A stretch of DNA of 64,000 nt from Tubulanus polymorphus. Lineage: Eukaryota > Animalia > Nemertea. Made by a program: the position numbers and the translations under genes. Position 1 is the first letter of the stretch, and each line of letters starts with the position of its first letter. A model generated the notes under the pieces. It had not been told where the DNA came from. It was given only the letters and a program-made list of their open reading frames with translations, and did not search any database. Location: the NCBI RefSeq assembly GCF_964204645.1, contig NC_134026.1:13514050-13578049 (forward strand), read 5' to 3'. This document shows positions 23,640-37,400 of the stretch, one piece after another.

Positions 23640-23885
23640 TATACCTGAGGTGACAAAATGAGGATTGGTTGGTGTTATATGAGGCAACCTGGATATATTC
23701 TCAACAGGGAATATTGATGTCGGAAGAACTCTACTTGAACATTGCAATGACACTGGCACAAGTAAACCGATCTAACAAGTGTACACAACCTGATACAATG
23801 GTCTACGGGAGCATGGGCTAGATAATGGCGAAAAAAGCAGATGGAACCCTATGTCTTTATTACTGCCGACTCAATGACATCACAA
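23640..23885 (+). pseudogene. Ty3/Gypsy RT N-terminal remnant
   Basis: IDVGRTLLEHCNDTGTSKPI*Q and AWA..IMAKKADGTLCLYYCRLNDIT resemble DLGRT..EH.IDTG..PI.Q and SPWASP.V..KKDG.LR.C.DYR.LN. Confidence 0.65.
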
Positions 23886-26175
23886 GTGTACTCATTGAGT
23901 CTTTTTTTTGTAAAATTAGTGCACAGGCAAAGTAATTAGTGCACAGTGCGCAGGGAAAGTGCACTTCACAAAATAGTGTGGTTGGTAAGTATACTACAAG
24001 TGTACCAACCAATCCTTCAAAGGGGAACCGCAGTTCAATTTTTGTTTCACTTATTTATTAAGTATGAATATCAAATAAAACATACAAGCTAAAAAAGTTT
24101 TCTAATTTGCGTTTTTGAATAAAAGAGCGATTTGTTGAAATAGTGGGTGCTGCCATCTTCTGGCTAGCAGACGCAGTTCTTGCTTGAATCGTGTGAATGA
24201 AAATGCAAAATTTTGACGCACTGATTTATTTGTTTCATGTGCGTGAGTTCATTCAGTTTATCAAAATAGTGTTATTTAACGTTATCAAAGTGCGATATAC
24301 AGACTTTGCAGCAATCATTTTACGTGATATTAAGGCAGATTTACAAGTGAGTAGCATTTATTCATTAAGCCCCGGCCTGTGACTCAATTCATTCACTTTA
24401 TTTATGGTCTATAAGAAAGGAATGAAGAATGAAATGTTAGATGCATGACCTGAACATAGACATTATAACAATTATAAAGACAAAGAGAGGAATCCACCAA
24501 AACCCATACTAGACTAGTCTACTACTAGTTAGTGGAGCTGTAGTTCTTACATGATATTTTACTTTAACAGACCCGGCAGTTTTAGAAATGAACCGATTAA
24601 GTTTATAAATTTTACGACTAAAAAGATTCAGTGTGGTCGGGTTGGCAACAAGTTTGACATTTTAATGAATTCCCAATTTATTCTCAAACTACAGTAGATC
24701 AATTCTACTTGAACAATGTGAAAGTGAGTGATATTTATTAGCCAAATTGAAGTGCCAGTCTAGGTTCCCTCGTAGTATCAATCTAACGGCAATGCATTTC
24801 TAAATCACGCCGTAAGAGAAAGCGCGCGGATTGCGGCTACCCTGCTATGTAACCATCTCACCATAAACTGTAGGGTCAAGCAGTAACGCAAAAGAGACGC
24901 AGAGGTCAACAAGACGGATCCAACTCATAGGCAGGATCGTAGCGAGTAAGCCACGGCGGATGCAGACTTCGAATTCAAATATATACTGCACAATATTGGT
25001 CGACATGTATGGTGTTTTTTAATACGAATTAGAATTGTTTAAAATTCATCTGCATATTGATGCAAACGTTTTTTTCGGGCGTATGCATAATCAATTTTAG
25101 TTCAACAATTCTTTTTTTATAAAGAGAATATCCTTTATCTAAGGATTAACGGCTTCATTGATTTTGGTGAGCTTCACGTGTTACTAAACTGAGGGCGCTT
25201 TCATCACAGCTCCACAGTAAATACTGCAAACTACGATGCGCATTGACATGCAATTTGCAGCACAGTCCAGGAAAATGAAAAATCCTCGTAAATTTATATT
25301 TCTTCTTTTGTAGTTTTCTTATTGAAGAATTCTATATGTTGTATCAGTAATATAAAGCCTTCTTGTAAATTCGACAGCAAATTATGTACATTTCCGCGTT
25401 TACATTATCCGAGTTTACATTAGTACATCAAGATGAAGTCATCGCTAAAAATCCCCAAAAACGGCATAATTGCCAATTTACCCAATTAATCAATAGCCTT
25501 CAAACCATGCGCCACTTAGCTGCCATTATAACAGCCAACTTAATGCAGTCCTTAGCCCATGAATCATTTCACACTTGGGGAGATAGCGGTCAACATGAAT
25601 TCAACACTCCATTTAATACAAATAGATTCAGCTGGGCTGAATCTAAAAATGACTTTTTTTCGAATTATGAATGGAAACGGGATAGGCCAACCTATCTTCG
25701 GCATGAAGTTTTTGGCAGAATATCAGAGAATCCGTGCTCCAAGTAATCAAAAAAGCCTAAGATGTCCCCCTTGATTGAATCCAGAAGTTTTCATGAAAAC
25801 CTGTCTATTGATACGATCTCCATCACACACAACTGCACGGTCATTCATCATTAATATACATGGTAGTGGGTTTTCCCCACTGACTCAAATAGACACTCTC
25901 CACGTTCATGGTGGACGATTTCTATACACTGTGTAAGAAGTTTGTTAGACAATTCATTTTCGTAAATCGAATTATCTCAAGTTCACGATTTTACTGCAAT
26001 TCTATCAAATTCACTGCTTTTCATCATTTGAATCATTTGCAGTATCCAGGAAAAATTTAACTAGGCCACGCGTGAGCCACAGTTTTCAAAAACATGCACA
26101 GATTAATACATCACATGGCAGCGAATCTAACGAGAACGTGTGTAAGAATGAATGACTCAACTCTATCATATCTGT

Positions 26176-27755
26176 TGTTATTACGAATGTGACTGAGCTG
26201 TCCAGTGAACTGTATATTTCCGAATTCAATACTATTAGTTATTCACGGTCTGTGACCGTCATATTCGCTGCATATAAATATCTGTGTATTAATAAATTGT
26301 GTGGCATTTTGTAAGATCAAACTGATTGTTGTACCGAGTTCTTGTTCTCTGGTCGTCTCTATCATCTAATACTACATTTTGGTGCCGTGACGCAGCGAAA
26401 TTCCGGAAAATGCCACCCAAGGAAGGAGATCCAGAGAGCCAGACGGTGTGCAAACAAGGGTGTAGTAACAAAACAAGTAGAAAGATTCGACCTCAGCTCA
26501 AGTAGCGAACCTAACGTGCTGGAATTGGAATCTGCGAAATCGTTGAGTCGGAAGATTGCTGTTATTCATGATTTGGTTCTACAAATATTAGAGCTGGTGG
26601 ATGAAACCGCATTGGAAGAGACAGTGAATGAGTTCCACTCATATCTGGAAGAGCTTGAGAAAAAGAAATTTTTGATTGGTAAGTCCATTCAAAAGTATGC
26701 TACACAATTTCACGAAAATGGAAAATTTAAAACAAAAATGCAACATAGTAGTCGTTTGCGGAAACTTGACTTGCCTCAATTCTCCGGTAAAATATTAGAC
26801 TTTCGGCCCTTTTGGGATAGTTTTAAAGCCGCAATACACGATGATATACATCTAAGTGATGTTCAGAAGTTTACCTATAGGAGAGCGCAACTCGAGGGTG
26901 AGGCTATGCGGGCTATTGCTGGACTCTCGTTGACGTCTGATTATTATACAGCTGCCTAGAAATACTAAATAAGCGTTTCGCTCAGGATTCAAAAGTTGTG
27001 AATGCCTACATGGCTATCAGCTCAGCTGCCAAATTTTTATTTCGATACTGTTGATTGTGCAAATAATTCTTTCGTAAATGTCAGTTTGATCGAATACTTG
27101 TTACTGTATACATAAGGCTATGGATATTGATAGCTTTAATTCTTTGAAGATGAATTGCCTGTTGAGAGTGAAGGTTCGTTTATACAGATTTGTAAAACAC
27201 GAATTTGCAGAGAATCAATGGGTGTTCGGTATTCAGAGTGAAGGGTTTGGTGATATTATTCATTTCTTACGTTCCAATTCGAAGCCACGACCAGTTTTGG
27301 TAAGACAGTTGAAACTTTTTTTGTCTGATGGCTTCCTTCGTTGCGGGGGGAGAATACAGAATGCTAGGCTTCCAGTGAAAATGAAGTACCCAACCCTGTT
27401 GCCGAGAACCCATCGATTCACGTTTTTGTATCTTCGTTATGCCCATTGTATTAAGGTAATGCATGAAGGTGTTAATGAAACAATAGCATTTGTTCGATAG
27501 AAATATTGGGTACCACAATTTCGTCCTCGTATTACCTCTTTGATACACCTCTTTGATACTCTTTGATGTGCCTTGTATTAAGGCTGGCACTGGTAAACCA
27601 TTCACGCTACCCGATCAGGCTCCATCACCCTTTTCAGTAGTTGGTTTTGATTATACAGGCGCTTTAATGGTAAGAACTGAATCATCTGATGCAAAGGTTT
27701 ATATCTGTCTTATTACATGCGCTATTACTAGAGCATTACATTTAGAACTTGTAAG
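26176..27755 (+). mobile_element. Internally deleted BEL/Pao element (5' LTR about 26176-26376, tRNA-His PBS, gag, integrase fragment)
   Basis: TG..CA LTR candidate; TGGTGCCGTGAC at 26380; LRKLDLPQFSGKILDFRPFWDSFKAAIH (DUF1759-like); LRCGGRIQNA, GFDYTGAL, TRALHLELV. Confidence 0.85.
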
Positions 27756-28532
27756 AGTCTTGCAAGGGGAAAATTGTGATTTTGATAATCTTAATCTAAG
27801 TAATCCCATATCATAAAGAAAGTGATATTCATGTCATAAATCGTCATAAAAGTGTTTTTCTAATCTGAAATCAATATACTAGCCACTATCATCAGTTTTT
27901 AAAAAATGACGCATGCGCATTGACGACGAATGAAACGCAAATAGCGCTGAGTTGCCCGCACACGGGAGCACAGTTGGCGCTGCGTAAAAATAAATTGCCC
28001 ATGGGCAAAGTGTCGTTTACCTTGAAAGCTAGAGGTTGTTTGGAGTAAGGGCATTGCTTGAAAAATCTGTTCAATTCGTGACTTCAAAGTTCCACAAGTT
28101 TACATTGTACTTTATCTTTCTTAAAGAATTATTTTGAGGTCAAATAAGACCAAAGATACATTTGGTTACGGTCCACGTCCAAAATTTTGTAGGGTACAGG
28201 TAGGCGTGGCAGGGAAATTATTTCATATTTTCCAAAAAAATATGTTTCACAATATGAAAAAAATATTCAAATAAGGCCATCCCAAAATAATTGTCTGTTT
28301 GCCGTAACACAGACTCAACTTTTCAACTTTTCAGGATGAGTTGGTAGGTAAGAAAAAATTTTTTTTGCTAAATTTTTGGGCAAAAAAAAACAAATATATC
28401 ACCTTTTTACATGGAAACAATATCACAAAAATCATTTACGTTGTGAAAGGGAAATTTGTCTAATAGCGTAGATTTCGAGAATTATTCTAAAATTATAACT
28501 TCGTCCAGAGCGATCAATGTATTAATAGATTT

Positions 28533-29063
28533 TTGAAATCAAAACAGAACTCAGAACCTCAACCGAAACCTGTTGAAGATGGAATTGATCTATTCATTTC
28601 ATTACCGTATATTGGTAACCCGTCAATCCTATTTGCCCGAAAATTAAAATATCTATTTAAAAGGAATTTTGAAATCAACTTGAAATGTGCATTCACTACG
28701 ACCAAAATTAAGAATTTTTTCTCTTTGAAATGTGCTACCCCTAAATCGCTGAAGGCTAAAGTCATATATAAATTTAATTGTTTATGTGATATAAACACTT
28801 CCTATATTGGGAAAACTAAACGACATTTGGCCATCAGGATTAAGGAACACAGATCAAAGACTTCTGCGATTGGACAACATCTCGCAATTTGTCACACTTG
28901 TGATCAGGAATTCAGTAACAACAAATTCAAAATTCTAGACAAAGGATCATCTGATCTCGACTGTAAAATTAGGGAGGCCCTGTTTATTAAAGCGCAACGA
29001 CCCTCTTTAAATCAACAATTATTTCAAAACGGCTCATCCTTTATCCTAAATGTATTCAAATAA
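28533..29063 (+). pseudogene. 5'-truncated Penelope ORF: thumb/linker plus GIY-YIG endonuclease
   Basis: Same protein sequence as the C-terminus of 32268-33896. Confidence 0.9.
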
Positions 29064-29176
29064 TTAGTTTGTTATTAAATACTTGGTTGGTAATTAGCTT
29101 AGAATTTAGCACTTGTAATTTTGTAACTTATGTTGTATATAAACCTGTAGTTTAATCATTTGATTCACTTGTATTT

Positions 29177-29213
29177 CACCTGATGAGGGGATATGATCCC
29201 GAAAACGTTCGTG
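29177..29213 (+). ncRNA. Minimal type I hammerhead ribozyme
   Basis: CAC-CTGATGA-G-GGGAT(ATG)ATCCC-GAAA-ACGT-TC-GTG: catalytic core, stem II, palindromic stem III (AACGTT), stem I CAC/GTG. Confidence 0.85.
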
Positions 29214-29241
29214 TTAATAAACTGTATTTACTCATTAGAAA

Positions 29242-31255
29242 ATGAGGTTTTTAATGTTATCGCTTCTATGGTTATTCGGATATTTGAACTCTCTTCCTAA
29301 GATCTATTTCTACTGTGCGAAACAGAGAGATGTGTACGTCAAAGACTTCCGCAAATGTGAAAAACTGTATCTCAAATGGACTAAACTACGCTTGGATTTA
29401 TCTTACTTTCAAAGATGCATGGAATTACGAATCTGCCCGAAGTTTTTATTATTCAAACCTCCGAAACTGAGAGCGTATGCAAGTAATGATAATCTCAAAC
29501 TCGAAATCTTGAAGAATCAAATCGAAAATGTTAAAACCGAATTATCTAAAACCAACAGTAAATTGAAGAAAATCAAATCCGATTTATGCGAGAAATTGAC
29601 CTGGATTCAAACAATCATTTGGCTCACTAGACTTAACCAGAAAGGCAGGAAACTAACTTCGGAAACACAGCAACGTCATGAACGCAAGCTTTTAAACTTG
29701 TGGAAAGATCAGCGTCACCCAGCACCGGATTGCTTAATCAATAGATCAAATTATCAACTATCCCTAGAAGAAACTGAGATACTACGTTACGGCTTAAAGC
29801 ATCACATTCTTCCGAAAAATATCAACGAAATCGACCTTAAATCACGTATTGAAAAAACTGTTTACCACAAAAATAGGACTATATCTGGCGGCGAACCGAA
29901 TGTGAATAACTCTTTCCTTGAAAGTATTAGACATGCGACCATCTCATTTATCAACAGCGCTAAATCAGTATGTGGCTCGACCTGGAACCGACGTTTCTAC
30001 CGTACGATTGAAAAACTTCGAAAAAACTAGGACATTAAGATCTGCTCATTTGACAAAGGCAACGGCATTGTTATTTTGGACTCTAACGAATATTTCGATA
30101 AATTAGATAAAATTGTATTTGATAAAAGTAAATTTACTGAAATCAAAAATGTGAGAAAGAATCACCCTGTCATATCTAATGAAACCAAAATCTGCGGATT
30201 TCTGAGAAAACATGTGAAACAGTATGTAAGTTCAGAAATATTTGATTCTATCTACCCAAGCGGTAGCCAACCTGGTAAATTATATGGTTTGTGCAAAGTG
30301 CATAAAGATAACTTTCCATTTCGACCCGTTGTATCAATGATCGACACTGCTGAATATAACCTGGCCAAATATCTCGATAAAATCATTAAACCACATATAC
30401 CGTCTAAATTCATGTTAAATAGCACTTGGGAGTTCCTTAAAAAACTGAAACAATTCGTTTTTAAACCTTCTGATATTCTAATAAGTTTTGATGTAGAGTC
30501 ACTTTTCACTAATGTTCCATTGAAAGAAACCATTGATATAGTTTCCGATTATATATATGCTTCCGACTCTAAACCTACATATGATCAGGCTACATTCAAA
30601 GAATTACTTAAAATCGCAACTTCGGGTTTGTTTATGTACAATGATCGTATTTTCAAGCAAGTTGATGGGGTCACCATGGGCAGCCCCTTAGGCCCAACCT
30701 TAGCGAACTTTTGTCTTGCCCATTTTGAAAACTTGCTCCTCTCCAAAACTAATTACAAACCGACATTATACCTGAGATACGTGGACGATATTTTCGGCAT
30801 ATTTCGAAATGTATCCAGTTATAGACTATTTTTTGAAGAATTGAATCGCCTCCATTCTAACCTTAAATTCACTTTTGAACTAGGTCCTAATCTATTACCT
30901 TTTCTCGATACCGAAATACAAATTCCGTTAGAAACCGGTAGTGACTTTATATCTCGAGTGTACAGGAAAGCTTCCAACACAGGCCTACTTTTGAACTTCA
31001 ACGCCATGTGTCCGTATAAATGGAAAATAGGACTCATCAATACCATGCTTTTTCGTGCCTACAATATTTGCAGTGATTGGACCATCTTTTCAGAATCAGG
31101 AATTCAGTAACAACAAATTCAAAATTCTAGACAAAGGATCATCTGATCTCGACTGTAAAATTAGGGAGGCCCTGTTTATTAAAGCGCAACGACCCTCTTT
31201 AAATCAACAATTATTTCAAAACGGCTCATCCTTTATCCTAAATGTATTCAAATAA
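29242..31255 (+). pseudogene. Penelope RT-EN ORF, copy 1 (in-frame TAG at 30028-30030, 449-bp deletion at about 31095)
   Basis: ORFs 29242-30030 and 30076-31110 are in one frame; the deletion removes most of the endonuclease. Confidence 0.9.
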
Positions 31256-31368
31256 TTAGTTTGTTATTAAATACTTGGTTGGTAATTAGCTTAGAATTTA
31301 GCACTTGTAATTTTGTAACTTATGTTGTATATAAACCTGTAGTTTAATCATTTGATTCACTTGTATTT

Positions 31369-31405
31369 CACCTGATGAGGGGATATGATCCCGAAAACGT
31401 TCGTG
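31369..31405 (+). ncRNA. Minimal type I hammerhead ribozyme (copy 2)
   Basis: Identical to 29177-29213. Confidence 0.85.
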
Positions 31406-31433
31406 TTAATAAACTGTATTTACTCATTAGAAA

Positions 31434-33896
31434 ATGAGGTTTTTAATGTTATCGCTTCTATGGTTATTCGGATATTTGAACTCTCTTCCTAAGATCTATT
31501 TCTACTGTGCGAAACAGAGAGATGTGTACGTCAAAGACTTCCGCAAATGTGAAAAACTGTATCTCAAATGGACTAAACTACGCTTGGATTTATCTTACTT
31601 TCAAAGATGCATGGAATTACGAATCTGCCCGAAGTTTTTATTATTCAAACCTCCGAAACTGAGAGCGTATGCAAGTAATGATAATCTCAAACTCGAAATC
31701 TTGAAGAATCAAATCGAAAATGTTAAAACCGAATTATCTAAAACCAACAGTAAATTGAAGAAAATCAAATCCGATTTATGCGAGAAATTGACCTGGATTC
31801 AAACAATCATTTGGCTCACTAGACTTAACCAGAAAGGCAGGAAACTAACTTCGGAAACACAGCAACGTCATGAACGCAAGCTTTTAAACTTGTGGAAAGA
31901 TCAGCGTCACCCAGCACCGGATTGCTTAATCAATAGATCAAATTATCAACTATCCCTAGAAGAAACTGAGATACTACGTTACGGCTTAAAGCATCACATT
32001 CTTCCGAAAAATATCAACGAAATCGACCTTAAATCACGTATTGAAAAAACTGTTTACCACAAAAATAGGACTATATCTGGCGGCGAACCGAATGTGAATA
32101 ACTCTTTCCTTGAAAGTATTAGACATGCGACCATCTCATTTATCAACAGCGCTAAATCAGTATGTGGCTCGACCTGGAACCGACGTTTCTACCGTACGAT
32201 TGAAAAACTTCGAAAAAACTAGGACATTAAGATCTGCTCATTTGACAAAGGCAACGGCATTGTTATTTTGGACTCTAACGAATATTTCGATAAATTAGAT
32301 AAAATTGTATTTGATAAAAGTAAATTTACTGAAATCAAAAATGTGAGAAAGAATCACCCTGTCATATCTAATGAAACCAAAATCTGCGGATTTCTGAGAA
32401 AACATGTGAAACAGTATGTAAGTTCAGAAATATTTGATTCTATCTACCCAAGCGGTAGCCAACCTGGTAAATTATATGGTTTGTGCAAAGTGCATAAAGA
32501 TAACTTTCCATTTCGACCCGTTGTATCAATGATCGACACTGCTGAATATAACCTGGCCAAATATCTCGATAAAATCATTAAACCACATATACCGTCTAAA
32601 TTCATGTTAAATAGCACTTGGGAGTTCCTTAAAAAACTGAAACAATTCGTTTTTAAACCTTCTGATATTCTAATAAGTTTTGATGTAGAGTCACTTTTCA
32701 CTAATGTTCCATTGAAAGAAACCATTGATATAGTTTCCGATTATATATATGCTTCCGACTCTAAACCTACATATGATCAGGCTACATTCAAAGAATTACT
32801 TAAAATCGCAACTTCGGGTTTGTTTATGTACAATGATCGTATTTTCAAGCAAGTTGATGGGGTCACCATGGGCAGCCCCTTAGGCCCAACCTTAGCGAAC
32901 TTTTGTCTTGCCCATTTTGAAAACTTGCTCCTCTCCAAAACTAATTACAAACCGACATTATACCTGAGATACGTGGACGATATTTTCGGCATATTTCGAA
33001 ATGTATCCAGTTATAGACTATTTTTTGAAGAATTGAATCGCCTCCATTCTAACCTTAAATTCACTTTTGAACTAGGTCCTAATCTATTACCTTTTCTCGA
33101 TACCGAAATACAAATTCCGTTAGAAACCGGTAGTGACTTTATATCTCGAGTGTACAGGAAAGCTTCCAACACAGGCCTACTTTTGAACTTCAACGCCATG
33201 TGTCCGTATAAATGGAAAATAGGACTCATCAATACCATGCTTTTTCGTGCCTACAATATTTGCAGTGATTGGACCATCTTTTCAGAAGAAATCAATTTCT
33301 TGAAAAATCTGTTTAAATCTAATGCGTTTCCTATTCATGTCATCGATCAATGTATTAATAGATTTTTGAAATCAAAACAGAACTCAGAACCTCAACCGAA
33401 ACCTGTTGAAGATGGAATTGATCTATTCATTTCATTACCGTATATTGGTAACCCGTCAATCCTATTTGCCCGAAAATTAAAATATCTATTTAAAAGGAAT
33501 TTTGAAATCAACTTGAAATGTGCATTCACTACGACCAAAATTAAGAATTTTTTCTCTTTGAAATGTGCTACCCCTAAATCGCTGAAGGCTAAAGTCATAT
33601 ATAAATTTAATTGTTTATGTGATATAAACACTTCCTATATTGGGAAAACTAAACGACATTTGGCCATCAGGATTAAGGAACACAGATCAAAGACTTCTGC
33701 GATTGGACAACATCTCGCAATTTGTCACACTTGTGATCAGGAATTCAGTAACAACAAATTCAAAATTCTAGACAAAGGTTCATCTGATCTCGACTGTAAA
33801 ATTAGGGAGGCCCTGTTTATTAAAGCGCAACGACCCTCTTTAAATCAACAATTATTTCAAAACGGCTCATCCTTTATCCTAAATGTATTCAAATAA
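31434..33896 (+). CDS. Full-length Penelope RT + GIY-YIG ORF interrupted by a single TAG (32220-32222)
   Basis: KLRKN*DIKICSFDKGNGIVILD joins the two track ORFs in frame; the DKG motif is typical of PLE RT N-termini. Confidence 0.88.
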
Positions 33897-34009
33897 TTAG
33901 TTTGTAATTAAATACTTGGTTTGTAATTAGCTTAGAATTTAGCACTTGTAATTTTGTAACTTATGTTGTATATAAACCTGTAGTTTAATCATTTGATTCA
34001 CTTGTATTT

Positions 34010-34046
34010 CACCTGATGAGGGGATATGATCCCGAAAACGTTCGTG
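34010..34046 (+). ncRNA. Minimal type I hammerhead ribozyme (copy 3)
   Basis: Identical core in the terminal pseudo-LTR. Confidence 0.85.
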
Positions 34047-34412
34047 TTAATAAACTGTATTCACTCATTAGAAAATGAGGTTTTTAATGTTATCGCTTCT
34101 ATGGTTATTCGGATATTTGAACTCTCTTCCTAAGATCATTGCAATTTTATACGCGAGAGCTAAGAATTTTCCCGCCAAAAACAGGTTTTCGTAGAATATT
34201 TACTCAGTTGACCATGTACATCGACGGAGGTTCGCCATGTTTTCAATCGCATCGTTTATACGTCGTTTAAGCCGAGAACCAATGAAACAAATGCTCACAT
34301 AAAAAAACGTATCGCGATTTTACATGAATTGGCTCAATGCCAACCTCATATTGCTGACAAAGGTAAACCAAAAAATCAAACATGATAGATATTTTGCGAA
34401 CGACAAAATGCG

Positions 34413-37400
34413 TGTTGGAAATAGTAATAACTGAATATATATATATATATACCGGGTATATATGTATTATGTTCAATGTATTGTAGATTGTAATATCCTG
34501 TAATCCTTATTATAAAGCGAACAACCGAACAACCTGTACTGCCTGTTTATGCTTGTTTGTTCAATTTACTATTCAGCGGATTCTGTAACTATAAAAGGGG
34601 AAATAAAGTCAAAACTGAGTTAGTTCACTATGAGAAATACGCCTCATTGTTAGTACTGTCAGAGTGAGCTGTCGTCTCTAAGTTTGGATCGAACCTGGTA
34701 TATCCGAAATTTGGTGCCGTGACCAGGATCGAAGATGTCTACAGACACAGCAACCACAGATTTGGCTCCTTTGAAAAAATCGAGAGGGGGTCACCGCGGC
34801 CAGGTGACGAAGACGATATTAAAAGCTGAATCTTTGGTATTGGCAGAAGGTCTTACAGTATCCAAGCTCGACGAAATCGGATCCAGCATTGAGTCAATTA
34901 GAAGGCAGCTGTCGAAGATAAGAATTCTAGATGAATCAATCCAGAACCTAACCGACATAGAAAAACTACAAGAAGAAGTAGAGGAGGCCGAAGAATTCAT
35001 AGAAGATAGTAAAAAGAATTAGCTGCTTGGGTAAGACACGCTTATGTCTGGGATCAACGTTAGATCCAACTACTAGAGAATTCAAAAATAGCAGTTATGT
35101 AAATCGTTGTTTGCCTAAATTGATATTGAAAAAGTTTCTTGGCAACATCAATGACTTTCCCGAATTCTGGGATGGTTATTGTTCGGCTATACACAACGCT
35201 ACAGGCATGAGCGATGCAGAAAAATTCAATTATTTACGTATTCTACTGGAAGGGTAACCAGCTAGGGCTATTTCCGGTTTGACCTTGACGTCAGCTAATT
35301 ACGACGTAGCAGTAGGCATTTTAATCGAGAGATACGGCCAGGAGTATAAAATCATCAATTCATATATGAATACAATGATTGAACTTAATCCACCAAATTC
35401 TAATAAGCAATCATTACGAGAATACAGCCATTCGATTGAAAAGTGTATCCGTGGATTGGAGGCCATTGGACATGGTCCCGAAACATAGTCAAGATTATTA
35501 GTACCAATCATTGTTAAGAAATTACCAAAAAAAAGTCTTAGAAAATATTGCGCGCCAAAACGGAGGCAACTTGGACATGACTCTTGCTCGTTACAGTATT
35601 ATCTACAAACCGAAATTAATGTATTATGTCCAGGCAAGGAGTCAACTACTATCACTAAAAATTCTGTTTCAACGTTACCGACTGCGTCATTTGCCGTTAA
35701 TTCGACCAGTGTTAAAGAACGTCATTGCGTTTACTGTGGTGAAACTCATAATCCTACAGATTGGGGGAAAGTTACCGACCCCAAGAAACGGGTATCAATA
35801 ATTAAATCGAAACGTTTGTCTTTCAATTGTCTAGGTCCTCACATTGTTAGCAGGTGCTCATCAAAATTTAGATGTAAAAAATGTAAGAATAAACATCACT
35901 CCAGTTTATGCGAGTATAGAAATGTCGATCGTCTTCAGTCTAATGAAAAAAAAGATGAAACGGTCGAATCGGGTGCAGAATTAAAACAAGAGTCTGCATC
36001 CGTAGTACTTTCTGAGGAGAGCAAGGTCTATCACATTTCTGCAAATAAAACCATTTTGCTTAAAACTGCAGTAGCTAATGTTTACAGCCCGATATCCAAC
36101 GTACAATGTGCAGCAAACCTGCTCTTCGATGAAGGTTCTACCGCGTTCTTTTGTTACTGAAGATTTGACTAAACAATTGCAATTAGTACCTATTCGATCA
36201 GGAAATGTAGATATCTCTACCTTTGGAGGTACGAAACAGGGTCATCGAAAGATGGACGTTGTTAGATTGTCGATCCAAGCGTTATCGGGTGAAAACATTT
36301 CAATTGATGCGTTAGTCTGTCCTAAAATAGCGTCATCATTAGTTAATTGCATTCATTCAGCGGTTGAAAAATATCCATATTTACAGGGTTTGAAGTTTGC
36401 CAGTCCTGCAGTTAATTCTAACTCTTTCAATGTTTCAATGCTCATAGGTGTTGATAAATATTGGTCATTTGTAGGCGGTCAAGTGATTCGAGGACATGGA
36501 CCTACCGCAGTTTTGTCAAAATTAGGCTATTCATTATCAGGGCCGCTGAATGAGCGTAATTCTAACTCAAATTATTTGATAATTATACTGTTTCTTAAGC
36601 GAGGACACGATCTATGGTTCGAAAATTGAACCCTGAATTACGAAACACTTATGACAATATTATCCGAGATCAAGTCAATAGAGGGTTCATTGAGTTAGTT
36701 GAAGAAAGTGACCCTCTAATGAGGCCGTGCCATTATATCCCTCATCACCCGGTCATCAAGAATAGTGCTACCACACCAATTAGAGTGGTTTATAATTGAA
36801 GTTGTTGTGTTGGCGGTAAACCGAGTTCGAACGATTGTCTTCACAGAGGACCGTGCTTGATTAACGATTTACGCTCAATCCTGCATCGGTTCAGGCTGAG
36901 TAAGCATGCTTTTTGTTCTGATATTGAAAAAGCATTCTTGCACGTAATCCTTCATGAGGACGATCGAGATTTTGTTCGTTTCCTGTGGCTTTCTGATCCA
37001 ACAGATCAGGAAAGTGCTTTTCAAATACACAGGTTCAAAGTTGTTCTCTTTGGGGCGACTAGCTCACCATTTATACTTAACGCAACGCTTAACTATCACT
37101 TAGAACAAAATCCTGGAGAGGTATCTAGTGACATACGTCGAAATATCTATATTGACAACATAATTTCTGGTTGCGATTCCAATGACTGTTTGAGTAATTA
37201 TTTCAGTACTTCACGTTCACTATTGCTAGATGCGGGTTTTAATTTACATGAATGGGTTTCTAACAGTGAGAATTTGCGGATTCTAGCACATTCTGATAAT
37301 GTACTAAGTGAGAAACAGATTATCAAACTACTGGGTATTATTTGGGATGCTTACACTGATAATTTGAAGTTAGCGACTCGTGAACTTCTGGTTGATGATT

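Larger units (their letters stand above)
28511..34137 (+). mobile_element. Tandem Penelope-like element array (GIY-YIG EN+), unit 2641 bp; middle unit has a 449-bp deletion
   Basis: Near-identical repeats at offsets 2192 and 2641; RT (SFDVESLFTNVP, GVTMGSPLGP, YLRYVDD) and GIY-YIG (VIYKFNC..SYIGKT) domains; pseudo-LTRs. Confidence 0.95.
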
